A stretch of 64,000 bases of DNA, taken from the IMG/VR virus record IMGVR_UViG_3300025000_000083, positions 1-64,000 of that record, one strand, 5' to 3'. This stretch comes from a virus. The notes beneath the pieces were generated by a model. The model was not told the origin of the DNA. It did no database searches and was given only the letters and a program-made list of their open reading frames with translations. Shown piece by piece: positions 37,617 through 47,733 of the stretch. The position numbers and the translations under genes were made by a program. The stretch's first letter is position 1. Each line of letters opens with the position of its first letter.

Positions 37617-38408
37617 CTATTGTTTTTCAAGTCCCTTAATCGCTTCCAAAATACTATTCAGGTCAATGCTGCCTGTCGCATTATTTTTTCCCTTACCCCA
37701 CATCAGGGATGAGTTGAAGTCCTGATTTGTTGAACTGAGGTATTCTGCACCCGAACCAAGTACGTTCTTAACACCTGAGTTGATGTTTTTCATTCCTGAG
37801 TCCCTTAACATCTGTGCTATCTGTGCAGCCTGCAAGTACGGATCGGCCTTGTTCCATTCCCATACACGGTTTTCTTCTCCTGCTTTTGTTCCAAGTGCAC
37901 TCATGTAGTCTCCCTGATAACCGGCTATCTGTTGTGCGGTGTCTCTTGCCATCTCTCCAAACTGATTCTGCTGCCTACCTACAAGTTCACCCATCATGCC
38001 ATAAGCCTCTGCACCACTTCCAAGTTCTGATGCTGCTCTTAATCCTGCTGACGTGGCTCCCTTTATCTCATTACGGTACATCTCTCCACCAGGGATGTCA
38101 TTTGCAAGCGTCCTTCCATACGAGTAATTAACAAGTTTATCAACACTCGGTGCAATAACGGCTTCGGGACGTGGGTTATTTGCCTCCATCTCCTTTGCCT
38201 GCTTTAACTGCCTCCCCCCGACTATTCCCTGAAATATTGACGGCAGGATGTTAAGCACCTGTGCAACAATCTCACTTGTGCCTCCGGTGGCTACTCCTAA
38301 TCCGGCTCTTGCTGCATTGCCTGCCAATGATGCGGCATATTTCTGACCTCTCTCATACTGCCCTTGATTGGCTGCAGCATACTTAGTTGGTGTGGGTGCC
38401 CATGTCAT
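37617..38408 (-). CDS. Internal virion (ejection/pilot) protein
   Basis: Gly/Ala-rich N-terminus and helical body. Confidence 0.6.
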   Translation of the reverse strand: MTWAPTPTKYAAANQGQYERGQKYAASLAGNAARAGLGVATGGTSEIVAQVLNILPSIFQGIVGGRQLKQAKEMEANNPRPEAVIAPSVDKLVNYSYGRTLANDIPGGEMYRNEIKGATSAGLRAASELGSGAEAYGMMGELVGRQQNQFGEMARDTAQQIAGYQGDYMSALGTKAGEENRVWEWNKADPYLQAAQIAQMLRDSGMKNINSGVKNVLGSGAEYLSSTNQDFNSSLMWGKGKNNATGSIDLNSILEAIKGLEKQ

Positions 38409-38412
38409 ATCT

Positions 38413-41058
38413 TTAAATATTACGTTCTGATGGTGTTGAAAATACTGTTATCGAATCAATCCTGACCTTCTCATCATGTTCTGATGTCCTGAGTTTGACA
38501 AAGCAGAATCTCCCTCTCATCTCCCTTCCATTAAGTTTACGGCTAAGTGATGTCAGGAAATTCCCCTTGGAGTTCTCATCCTTCATTATCTTGCCAAAAT
38601 AAACTCCCTCTCTGCGTTCAAATACCGGAACATTACTTTCCATAAGTTCTCCGGCTGCTGATGCTTCTGCGGGGATGGACACATACCTTGCAAGTGACTC
38701 GAGCAGATGATCAGCAATAACTCCAATGGCTGTGAACACCTTGTTTTTAACAGGTTCCATATTAGAAACGACCTCTATCTCTGCATAGGTGGATGTTCCT
38801 GACCACGAAAGATAATCCTGTCCCTCATCCATATTCATAATCCACAGTCTTTGATGATACAAATGTGCGAAAAAATTACCTAAGTGAAGGTAGCTTTCGG
38901 TTATTTGATCTATCTCCGTGACAAACCTCCCTCTCTTTTCACTGAATACGATGCCCTTGATCTCATCTCCCTGACGGAATGTTGCCCATACTTCTTCAAA
39001 CTCATTGTTTGCTCCGATGTTCACCACAAGTGCATCTCCACCCCCTGTTGTTCTTATCCATGCCACAAGGTCTTTAAACCATCTTGACATCTTATATTCG
39101 GGTCCTGATAATGCAAGTTGTCCATTGGGTGCTGATCTTATAAGAGCTCCCTGACTGTTATCCCAATAATACAGATTCCTTCCATTTACCATTATGCTGT
39201 CGGGATGCTGACACCCATAGTCAGTCTCCATAGGACGTGTCTCTGCAAGGAACTGGTCAGTAAGTACGAACTGCTCTGTACCATCAGGATTAAAGGTCTG
39301 TATCCTGTTTACATAGATAGATGTCTCCTTATATAGTTGGATGATCTTTAAGGTGAACCCTACCTCTCTCAGTCCTGTTATGTCACCATTCTTCTTAGGC
39401 AGGTCAACAAAATCATCATAGACAAAATGAGCAATGTTATTTGTGCGTGTCCCTGTTATCAGAAATCCTCCGTTTCTTATCCTCTCATGCAATACTGTCT
39501 GCCTCTGGCTCAGATCATCCAAGAACGGGAATCCCTGAGATGTGAGTTTGTTCGCAATAAGCTGATCACTCCACCAATCACTCGGAAAGATGCTCTCTGC
39601 CCAAAATGGATATATGAGATTCGATGCGTGTTTATAGTTTAACCGGATATATTTGAAACAGTCATGTGCGGTGCTGTTAACCTCCGCTTCTTGCACCAAC
39701 ACCCCGTTTGCGCCAAATATCTGATCAACATCTCCTTTGTGATATTTCTTCCCATATTCATTTGTTGCAATGTCAAACACCATTCCTGCACCATAAGCAA
39801 CGGTTTGTCCTAATCCCTTACGTGGACGATATAGTTCGACTACGATGTTCTCTGCACCTTCAAATGGAGTAGGGTGTTCTACTGCCTGAAAGATAAGCCA
39901 ATCGCCTCCGATGGTATCTCCGTATTGCGTCCCTGTGGATTCTATCTCGTAATCATAAACGTAATCACTACCTATTGCCTCTCCATAACTTGTGGTTTCA
40001 TCAATAGTCCCTACAAGCCTTATCCTATCTCCTTCTTCCCATACATAAGTAGGAACCTTCCACCTGTTATTCTTGCCCTGTGTCCATTCAAATGTATCGG
40101 TGACATTAAGAGCATATCGGTTATTCCCTATCCCTGTTATATTATCAGCACGAATCTGTACAAAATAATCCATAGAGATATTCCCGTAATACACAATCTC
40201 GTATGTCTCTGCCCAATCAGGGGGGGTGTGTTTAATCTTGAATAATAAAGAGACTATTTCATTAAGTGCCGGACCTCCTTCTTTAGAGTAGAAAGGAATA
40301 TAGATGTCGAGAAGTTTGGTTTTTACTACTGAACATTGCCTTCCACTCCTATCTTTATAAACAATCCCGAATCCGTGGGTTGCGCCACATTTTAAGTCCG
40401 TGAACTTTGATGTAAATCCGTATGATGATATATATGCAGTCAATGTAAGATAATCAAACATCACTGTCAAATCCTTTATTTCATAAGGATCAAAACAGAA
40501 TGTCCTCCCTGTCTCGTCCATGTATATCTGATTATAAGGAGATCCTGCTACAACTGACATCCCAGCCAAAGTCATTGCTGCAGACAGTCCTGCTTTTACA
40601 TCTGCCAATGTGTCTCCGGGATTTGCTACATACGAAGCACTTAAATCAGTGCCATCCATGACGTTTACTGCATTCACAAAATAAGTGCCACCTTCTACTA
40701 TGCTCTCAGGGATTGTAATTGCCATTACTGCTGTCACAATCTCCCATTCTTTACAGTGACCTGCGGGGTCAACTCCAATAGATGATCCTGTTTGTACCGG
40801 AGATGCATCAAGTATAGTAGATGGTACTACACTCCCTGCGTCTGTGTAGATAATCTCATAGTTAATGTCCGGCTGAATCACATCAGACCCCTCGGTTATC
40901 ATTCCAAAGACAAGAGCATTACCCCCTACCAGTTCCATGTGTCCTGCAAGTGGAGGGACATAGGTAAATGGTTCGGCAATGACCCCTGCATCAATGATCT
41001 CCTTCACCCTATCATTATAGAATGCAAGATTATAATCCGAGTTGTGTGCTGCTATCAT
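38413..41058 (-). CDS. crAss-like muzzle/tail-stabiliser (P22 gp10-like), C-terminal part
   Basis: FYND...VP..A...N.L.FG...EG; LK.G....FGIVY.D..GR; YG.QHP.S...Y.WD; KNKVF; REG.YF; GR.MRG. Confidence 0.75.
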   Translation of the reverse strand: MIAAHNSDYNLAFYNDRVKEIIDAGVIAEPFTYVPPLAGHMELVGGNALVFGMITEGSDVIQPDINYEIIYTDAGSVVPSTILDASPVQTGSSIGVDPAGHCKEWEIVTAVMAITIPESIVEGGTYFVNAVNVMDGTDLSASYVANPGDTLADVKAGLSAAMTLAGMSVVAGSPYNQIYMDETGRTFCFDPYEIKDLTVMFDYLTLTAYISSYGFTSKFTDLKCGATHGFGIVYKDRSGRQCSVVKTKLLDIYIPFYSKEGGPALNEIVSLLFKIKHTPPDWAETYEIVYYGNISMDYFVQIRADNITGIGNNRYALNVTDTFEWTQGKNNRWKVPTYVWEEGDRIRLVGTIDETTSYGEAIGSDYVYDYEIESTGTQYGDTIGGDWLIFQAVEHPTPFEGAENIVVELYRPRKGLGQTVAYGAGMVFDIATNEYGKKYHKGDVDQIFGANGVLVQEAEVNSTAHDCFKYIRLNYKHASNLIYPFWAESIFPSDWWSDQLIANKLTSQGFPFLDDLSQRQTVLHERIRNGGFLITGTRTNNIAHFVYDDFVDLPKKNGDITGLREVGFTLKIIQLYKETSIYVNRIQTFNPDGTEQFVLTDQFLAETRPMETDYGCQHPDSIMVNGRNLYYWDNSQGALIRSAPNGQLALSGPEYKMSRWFKDLVAWIRTTGGGDALVVNIGANNEFEEVWATFRQGDEIKGIVFSEKRGRFVTEIDQITESYLHLGNFFAHLYHQRLWIMNMDEGQDYLSWSGTSTYAEIEVVSNMEPVKNKVFTAIGVIADHLLESLARYVSIPAEASAAGELMESNVPVFERREGVYFGKIMKDENSKGNFLTSLSRKLNGREMRGRFCFVKLRTSEHDEKVRIDSITVFSTPSERNI

Positions 41059-41065
41059 CAGTGTG

Positions 41066-41494
41066 TTAGCTTACATAGATTATGCCAAGAGCGTTCCATG
41101 TGATGGTGCTTGTGCCATTACTCACAATCTGGTCTGTCTCGAGATCAATGATTGCCCTAATTTTTGATGTTGCGGGGTTTCCGGTATCGGCATATACTAC
41201 CAAATAACGGTAATTGAGACTTGCTCCCGGCCCTATCACCTGATCTGTTGCGTCAAGAAAATAGTTATTACCATGTGCTGTTGATGCGTTTCCGGCAATA
41301 GCCACTCCTCCTGCTGCATATCCGGTTGTCGCTGCAATCTCATACGTTGCAGTATCAAGGTTAGATACATACTGATGCGTAGCGGCATTTGGAGTAAAGG
41401 TATTTTTCAGCAACATGAGTTTCAGAGATTCATTCTTCCATGCGGTAGTGATCTCATCTTTTACAAATTTTGGAATACAACTAAGACTTGCCAT
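41066..41494 (-). CDS. Small virion/tail-fibre-associated protein
   Basis: LKLMLL...P....EI..TGY.AGG.....YLVVY.DTG...ID....NG..TITW...GI. Confidence 0.6.
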   Translation of the reverse strand: MASLSCIPKFVKDEITTAWKNESLKLMLLKNTFTPNAATHQYVSNLDTATYEIAATTGYAAGGVAIAGNASTAHGNNYFLDATDQVIGPGASLNYRYLVVYADTGNPATSKIRAIIDLETDQIVSNGTSTITWNALGIIYVS

Positions 41495-41506
41495 GATATT
41501 TTGAAT

Positions 41507-43954
41507 TTAAGTTATTTCGACTGTTGATAAATATACTCTTACTGTGTCTCCTGTGTACATCGCTACATCTGCTGCAAAGTACCTGTCAAATGCTCCATTA
41601 TAAACATCCTGCGAGGTGGCATTGTGTCCACGTGTCACACCATTGACGGTTATCTTCCACCATAATATGAATGGGTCACTGTTGCCAAAATCATAAGATA
41701 TTGTGCCCGTGACCCTGATTACCGTGCCTCCACTTGCCACAACCCCTGCGCCTGAGGTTATCCTCAGATCAGTAGGCTCATCCATGTCAATGCTTACATA
41801 ACAGGTGACATCTGACGGAGGTATGACCACTGCTGCTGACTGCTCTACCCATACTGATATTGTATCTCCGGCATCCGTCATAAAGGTTATCGGTGCTGAT
41901 GGCTTTGCTCCTCCGATGTTCTCCTCTGTCGGATATACTTCAAGGGTGTCACCATCATTGAAATACATGCCTTCTGACATAGGGTAGTCACCATTTCTGT
42001 TTACAGTGAGCCAATCCGGTTTTGCACTCATATAAGCATTATACGGTAATGCCTCCATAATCAAATCCTCTTTGTTTGCCACACCAAATTCTGCTGCTGT
42101 CCATATAAGATGATTTGCGGATGCAGCAACACTTGAATTTACAATGCTTGGCTTAATTGGTGTCAGTCCCAATGGTATCTGTGTATTCGCTGCCTTCTGA
42201 ATATCTACTGCTGAGAGATACACATCTACCGTTTCTCCTGCCACCAAGTTCCTGTTTAATGCTATCGGTACTGGGTAATTTATAGTGCCATTGGTCACTG
42301 AGAAACTACCACCACCATACGGCAATACCCCTATATCTGCCCTCCAATACATCGTAAATGTATCACCAGGATTATAGTCTGAGTTGTCAGTTCTGAATAC
42401 CAACGTCACAAGCCTGCTCTGGCTCATTGCCGAAGCGGAGTTATTAGTTATAGTCTGAGGACTTGCATCATCGGGGTCTTTCTGTACTGTACAGACTATT
42501 GCTACCGGAGGGGGAGGGCTTGCTGCTGCCTGAGAAACGAGTATTGATGAACTGTCACCATAAGAGTTTGTCAAAACAATGTATCCCGACCTTGCCACGT
42601 ATGCGGTGTTCTCTGTTGCGGGAAATACTGCGATTACTTCACCATTAACCATGGTCATCCCTGCTGACATGTCAAAACCACCACCATTGCGAAGTGTAAG
42701 CCATGATGGAAATGAAGTCAGAAACAAAGATACGGGGGAACAATCTATGATTATCTCCTCCCTGTCATCATATCCCTCCTCTGCTGCTCCAAAAGCTATT
42801 GCAGGGATGGTTGACACATAGGACATAAACACATCTGGGGTGAGGGGGGTTAATCCTAATCCAACCTCCTCGGGCAATGATTCAATTGAGTTTTCTACTG
42901 ATGGCAACGGCACGGATAATGCCAATTCAACATACCCTGCCTCAGTAGTTCGGGAAATCTCATTGCCTCTCTCCTGCTCCTCAAACTTATTTATTGTCTC
43001 TATAAGGAACCATTTTGATGTGTCCTGACTGCTTCTGCCTATAACCTCTATGGCTCGTACTTCTTCTCCTCCTGTGTCGAAAGTTATTTGTAGCTTGTTG
43101 TTCAATGACACCATCTCATTTGCAAGGCCTGTGGCTGTTTCTTCTTCTGCCTGTGGCACGGGAATAATACTTGCCGGAGAAAAGGTACTCTTTCTCCAAT
43201 CCATGTACACATACCTGTATGCCACCTGAAATAATGTCTGCCTGAGATTATTTATTTTGCGTGTGTCGTCTGACTCATAGGTGACTACCGGAGGATGTTT
43301 TGGTGGTGCTGCCTCAAAATAGAAGTTCTTCACATCCATAGAGTAATACGCATCCTCAATGAGACATTTCAGATTAAGCCATGCTGTCCCTGCATCTGAC
43401 TTTGGTTCATTGCCTACATTTGCGTTAAGAAGACTCTTGTAATAACCATTGCCATTGCTGACTATCTGATCTATGTCATAACTTTCTATCGCACTCCACT
43501 CTAATGTCTGAGGGTACTGACCATAACCGATGCCAAGCAAAAATGACTTCTTTGCTCTTGCTATGTCCATCTGATAGATTGGATTCAGATTATCCGTCCA
43601 TACGAGTCTTCCATGCACCACACGTGGATTATTAAACTTATACTTAGCATTGAAGCCTATGTCATTATACTGGTCATAATAAACTACTGTCTGTACACGG
43701 GTGTCGATGTTTATCTCTATTATCCATGCTGAATATCTCTCTGTGTCAATATAAAAGACATACAAACACCTTGTCTCTGGATCAATGCATTTACCATTCA
43801 GCAGGATATTTGTGATATAAGAAGGGTCAATAGAAGTCGTTGCGCCATCTTCCTTTATGAGCCTCACAGACCTCCAATAAGTCTTCAGTGCTGATGCTTT
43901 TGTTGCAACGGCACTGTCATATGAAAGGGATAATATTTTAGCGTATGAACTCAT
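41507..43954 (-). CDS. Muzzle/tail-stabiliser middle part, with a CBM-like insert and duplicated BACON/Ig-like domains
   Basis: L.WTDN.NP, FQ.AYRYVY.D...S.FSP.S; duplicated P.WLT...V.P..EN and G.TV.VYLS.V.I units. Confidence 0.7.
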   Translation of the reverse strand: MSSYAKILSLSYDSAVATKASALKTYWRSVRLIKEDGATTSIDPSYITNILLNGKCIDPETRCLYVFYIDTERYSAWIIEINIDTRVQTVVYYDQYNDIGFNAKYKFNNPRVVHGRLVWTDNLNPIYQMDIARAKKSFLLGIGYGQYPQTLEWSAIESYDIDQIVSNGNGYYKSLLNANVGNEPKSDAGTAWLNLKCLIEDAYYSMDVKNFYFEAAPPKHPPVVTYESDDTRKINNLRQTLFQVAYRYVYMDWRKSTFSPASIIPVPQAEEETATGLANEMVSLNNKLQITFDTGGEEVRAIEVIGRSSQDTSKWFLIETINKFEEQERGNEISRTTEAGYVELALSVPLPSVENSIESLPEEVGLGLTPLTPDVFMSYVSTIPAIAFGAAEEGYDDREEIIIDCSPVSLFLTSFPSWLTLRNGGGFDMSAGMTMVNGEVIAVFPATENTAYVARSGYIVLTNSYGDSSSILVSQAAASPPPPVAIVCTVQKDPDDASPQTITNNSASAMSQSRLVTLVFRTDNSDYNPGDTFTMYWRADIGVLPYGGGSFSVTNGTINYPVPIALNRNLVAGETVDVYLSAVDIQKAANTQIPLGLTPIKPSIVNSSVAASANHLIWTAAEFGVANKEDLIMEALPYNAYMSAKPDWLTVNRNGDYPMSEGMYFNDGDTLEVYPTEENIGGAKPSAPITFMTDAGDTISVWVEQSAAVVIPPSDVTCYVSIDMDEPTDLRITSGAGVVASGGTVIRVTGTISYDFGNSDPFILWWKITVNGVTRGHNATSQDVYNGAFDRYFAADVAMYTGDTVRVYLSTVEIT

Positions 43955-43963
43955 TCTTAATTA

Positions 43964-45481
43964 TTAAGGCGTATCCCGCATGCAACGAACCGAACATCCA
44001 GCTGACTTATTAATATCGCTTCTAAATGCTTGAATATTATTCCATAAAATATAGCGAGACCATGCATTCGCTCCCCCTGCCACAGTAGAACTCCATTTAT
44101 TACCATAGTTAGTTTTTTGATAAAACACACCATCATTGCCACGATAACCACCAGGCATATATTTGAGTCCATATTCATCTGTAGCCCCTGTATTTGGTGT
44201 TGTCCAATGATCTAATCCCATTTCTTTTAGTTTCCCCCCAGCAACAAAATCGCCCCCTGCGAATGCCATTAAAGCAGACCAATCTGCATCACTTGGGACT
44301 CTCCATCCCGTAGGTGCAAGATAGGCTCCTGCAACAACATTGTGATGATCTACTGCGTACCAATTATAAAGTAATCCATAATCAGGTATATTTAAAGGAT
44401 CATTATTGTAAGCACAATATCCTTCTGTTATCAATGCTGCCCATGCGGCATTACCAACTACTTCTGTTATTGGAGACCCATCTCGGAATTTAGTTGTCTT
44501 TAGATTCTCTACCATCCACTGCTGAGCACCAATAGTAACATAAGTATAAACATTACCATCTGCATCAATAATTCCATCTTGGGTTGTTATAGTCGAGGTA
44601 TTTGAATTTGGACTTGTACCAACATCATTATATGCACGTACACGGTAATAATATGGTGTCAGAGGTGATAATCCACTGACTGTATCAAATAATACATTGC
44701 CTACATCCTTATTGTTAAACCCTGCCACAAATGCAGTAAAATTCACATCCGTTGCTACATCGAGATAATATCCCGTCACCCCTTCTACTGCCAACCAGTT
44801 TGCTATAAAGGTCGTAGGTGTCTTCACACTCCCATTTATCGCTACCGGAGCCACGGGTTCACCCTCATCAGCAAGCCACAAAAGACAATTATCTCCAAGT
44901 AGGTCAAACAATAAATCAAACTTACCTCCGGGCACTGCACGGAATCCTGAAAGATCACTTGCCCCTGTATTCGGGTCTGTCCAATGCTGTTCCCCTGTCT
45001 CCTTTAATTTTCCGCCTGCTATCGCTGCACCACCAAGATATGTTAATAACGTGTCAATATCTGCCTCCGTAGGTACTCTCCACCCATCAGGGCAAAAGCC
45101 TGCTGTCATTACCTGACCATGCGTATAAAGCCTCCCATAGATGTCTGCATTATCCTCAGTGTCATCATATACCTTACTGCCCGGATACTCACCATCATAG
45201 TTCTTCTTCATCCACGTTTGAGTGCCTATAACTATCTCATTATAGCCACTATAAACAAATTGTCCACCAATACTCGATCCATAATATGTGATGAGATTAT
45301 TGGGATTGATTAAAATGCAAACTTCAGACTGCAATGATTCAGCATTTCCGCTTTCGTTCTGAGATGCAGAGGATAAAGCACGGATATTTAAAGCCTCGAT
45401 ATATTCTCCGGGCTGCAAATCGGCAGGCGCATCGTCTTTGTTCAAGCCAATCTTAAATGATTTCTTATCCTTCAATTGCAT
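43964..45481 (-). CDS. Muzzle N-terminal fragment fused to FISUMP-FN3-FISUMP
   Basis: F..GLNKD......GEY..ALNIR; IG.Q.WM..NL, YG.LYNW, P.GWRVP, G.SVRC..D; YYYRVRAYN..G.S. Confidence 0.75.
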   Translation of the reverse strand: MQLKDKKSFKIGLNKDDAPADLQPGEYIEALNIRALSSASQNESGNAESLQSEVCILINPNNLITYYGSSIGGQFVYSGYNEIVIGTQTWMKKNYDGEYPGSKVYDDTEDNADIYGRLYTHGQVMTAGFCPDGWRVPTEADIDTLLTYLGGAAIAGGKLKETGEQHWTDPNTGASDLSGFRAVPGGKFDLLFDLLGDNCLLWLADEGEPVAPVAINGSVKTPTTFIANWLAVEGVTGYYLDVATDVNFTAFVAGFNNKDVGNVLFDTVSGLSPLTPYYYRVRAYNDVGTSPNSNTSTITTQDGIIDADGNVYTYVTIGAQQWMVENLKTTKFRDGSPITEVVGNAAWAALITEGYCAYNNDPLNIPDYGLLYNWYAVDHHNVVAGAYLAPTGWRVPSDADWSALMAFAGGDFVAGGKLKEMGLDHWTTPNTGATDEYGLKYMPGGYRGNDGVFYQKTNYGNKWSSTVAGGANAWSRYILWNNIQAFRSDINKSAGCSVRCMRDTP

Positions 45482-46284
45482 AATGATGCTTCTTGTTGCT
45501 CTATTTTATTTTTTAATTTTCTTAATTCCCATGTTTTTAATGCAGATAAACGACATCTTTCCTTTACCTCGGAGGATCTCGGCTTCCGCATTTTCTGTTT
45601 ACTCTCCTCTGTATGTTTAAATCCTTTATGCGACTGACTCATCTTCTCTCGCAGTTCTTCCGGCATCTTTTTACCCTTCCATGGACCAGGTCTCCCTTTG
45701 CTTGCTATTGACATCTTCGCTAAAGTCTCTTTTGAAAAGCGTCCATGAGTCCCTTTATACTTATTTGGTCTGCCTGTACTTGCAATGCGAGTTCTCTCTC
45801 GATGCATATCAGACATTTTTCTCCCTAAGTTATTTTTATTCCCCTTATGAGCCCTCGACATCTTCTCTCTTGTTTCTTTTGAATATATCCTGTTTTTAGC
45901 AAATTCCCTCATCTTTTGTCTTGTTTTTTCCGATGGGTTACTATTTGCTTTTCCAATCTTCTTTCTTGTTTCTCCTGATAATTTACGTCCTAAAGAACTT
46001 CCTGCTATCTTACAGATATTAAAATATGGTTTCAATTTACTTATATAAAACTGTTCTCTGTTTATCATCCAATCAGAAAAACAAGGTTCAATAATTGAGA
46101 ATTGTAAATCGTCAATCCCGTATTTATTAACATGATATTGAAGTTTTTTAGAATGATGTTTATTGTCGATTAAATGTTTAAAGTGTTCTCTCCACCGATG
46201 AGTTATATCTAAAGAACTTCCAATATAAATCCTTTCGGGTTTAATCTTAGACTGAATCTTATATATGCCAGATTGGTTTTTCAT
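45472..46284 (-). CDS. GIY-YIG homing endonuclease with NUMOD3 repeats
   Basis: GIYKIQSKIKPERIYIGS. Confidence 0.9.
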   Translation of the reverse strand: MKNQSGIYKIQSKIKPERIYIGSSLDITHRWREHFKHLIDNKHHSKKLQYHVNKYGIDDLQFSIIEPCFSDWMINREQFYISKLKPYFNICKIAGSSLGRKLSGETRKKIGKANSNPSEKTRQKMREFAKNRIYSKETREKMSRAHKGNKNNLGRKMSDMHRERTRIASTGRPNKYKGTHGRFSKETLAKMSIASKGRPGPWKGKKMPEELREKMSQSHKGFKHTEESKQKMRKPRSSEVKERCRLSALKTWELRKLKNKIEQQEASLCN

Positions 46285-47066
46285 CTGCGGGGGGCTTGAT
46301 AGGTAGTACTATAAACCATCCTGAGATATTCGTCTTTTGTGAATGCGTTCTCATGTGACCTCAATGCTTCAATCGCTTCTTCATGTTCTGTTTTAAGCCT
46401 TTCCTTTGCGTTGTAAGCTATCCTTTGGTCATTTTCGTCCTTCTGCCAGAGAACATAAGTTCTGAGTGCAGGAACGCATATACGTGGTATCAGAGATGAA
46501 CCATCGGGTTTTAATCCGGTACTGACATATTCCAAAACAATTTCTGACCTTGGGGTGCTGCCTGAGAACACAAACTGCCTGTTCTCTCTGTCCTCACGAA
46601 AATATGCATCATCAATGGCTCCGGGTAGTCCATATAAACCTCCAACAAAAACACCATTTTTCCAGTGATCTTGGAAGTAGATTATATTTGCTACATCAGC
46701 AGCTCCAATGGCTGCACCGTAATAATTGCCTATTTCCTCTCCTGTATCATCGAATACCCTTGGGAGTAATATGCTATCTTTCTTTGTGATGACCACCAAT
46801 TTGCCCTCACTCGGGTAGCCAATTTTGATGTAATCTATGTAGTCTGCCGGAAATGCAACTGTTTTGGCTGCACTCATGTGAAGATAAACTACTTCTGAAC
46901 CCGAGTCCAGATGATACATAGAAAGTTCTTCCGAGAATCCCTCAATGGCAATCTGCATATATCTGAGGTACGATTTTAAACTATAGTCCTGCAGTCTGTT
47001 AAGCATCGACATGACCACATATCTCAGTGTCACAAGTCCGGCGGTCTTTGGTATGGCAGTTGACAT
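46281..47066 (-). CDS. Tail ring protein (P22 gp4-like, crAss ring family)
   Basis: FP.DYIDYIKIG, IVLEY.S.G, AL..Y..W. Confidence 0.7.
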   Translation of the reverse strand: MSTAIPKTAGLVTLRYVVMSMLNRLQDYSLKSYLRYMQIAIEGFSEELSMYHLDSGSEVVYLHMSAAKTVAFPADYIDYIKIGYPSEGKLVVITKKDSILLPRVFDDTGEEIGNYYGAAIGAADVANIIYFQDHWKNGVFVGGLYGLPGAIDDAYFREDRENRQFVFSGSTPRSEIVLEYVSTGLKPDGSSLIPRICVPALRTYVLWQKDENDQRIAYNAKERLKTEHEEAIEALRSHENAFTKDEYLRMVYSTTYQAPRR

Positions 47067-47069
47067 TGC

Positions 47070-47732
47070 TTATTGGTTTTTAGTTATGACCATATCATTC
47101 GACACGTCAGCAGTAGGTTTGCCTCGCATCACTTCAATAACCATCTTCATCAGATCATCCTCCCCATTCTCGGGCAGGGCAAGGTCATCAAAATCGTCAA
47201 TCTGATCCAGATTTTGGACTAATAAGGCATCGACACTTGTTATTAATGTAGCAGGAGCCACAGGTAGTTTATCGAGCCTAAGTAGGTGACTTGCTTCTCC
47301 TGCGCCTGTGCTCAGATAGTTTTGTTCAAGCGAGTAGGTGGGTGTCGAATCCATGGTATTCACTTCAAGTTCTGCAAACACTACTGCTGCCGTTGCCTCC
47401 ATTGGCGCAAACACATTTGATGGATCATCGGTGTCTGAAATTTGTCTTATCCCTGCATTTTCCGGCAACTGAACAGGAGCAAATGGCAATAATACATGAG
47501 CCTTTGTGCCTACCTGACTTGCTACTGCACATGGATACATCTTACTCCATGCGTCAATCTGACTGAACTCATTGTACTTCTTTCCGTTTCTCCATGCATT
47601 GATGATGATCTTATTGAATGCAGATGACATCCATACCTTAATCTCTTCTGGGTGGTACTGTCCTTTCAAATCACCCGCATTATCAGATGCAAGCCACGAT
47701 TGAATATTGTCAACCAAGTTTATTTTCTTCAT
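47070..47732 (-). CDS. Tail ring protein
   Basis: Position and size between ring paralogs. Confidence 0.55.
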   Translation of the reverse strand: MKKINLVDNIQSWLASDNAGDLKGQYHPEEIKVWMSSAFNKIIINAWRNGKKYNEFSQIDAWSKMYPCAVASQVGTKAHVLLPFAPVQLPENAGIRQISDTDDPSNVFAPMEATAAVVFAELEVNTMDSTPTYSLEQNYLSTGAGEASHLLRLDKLPVAPATLITSVDALLVQNLDQIDDFDDLALPENGEDDLMKMVIEVMRGKPTADVSNDMVITKNQ

Positions 47733-47733
47733 G

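Noticed and set aside
43964-44160. DGR variable region at the FISUMP C-terminus (..GCSVRCMRD)
   Set aside because: The fold is a known DGR target type, but I found no template repeat or reverse transcriptase in the window; these could lie outside it
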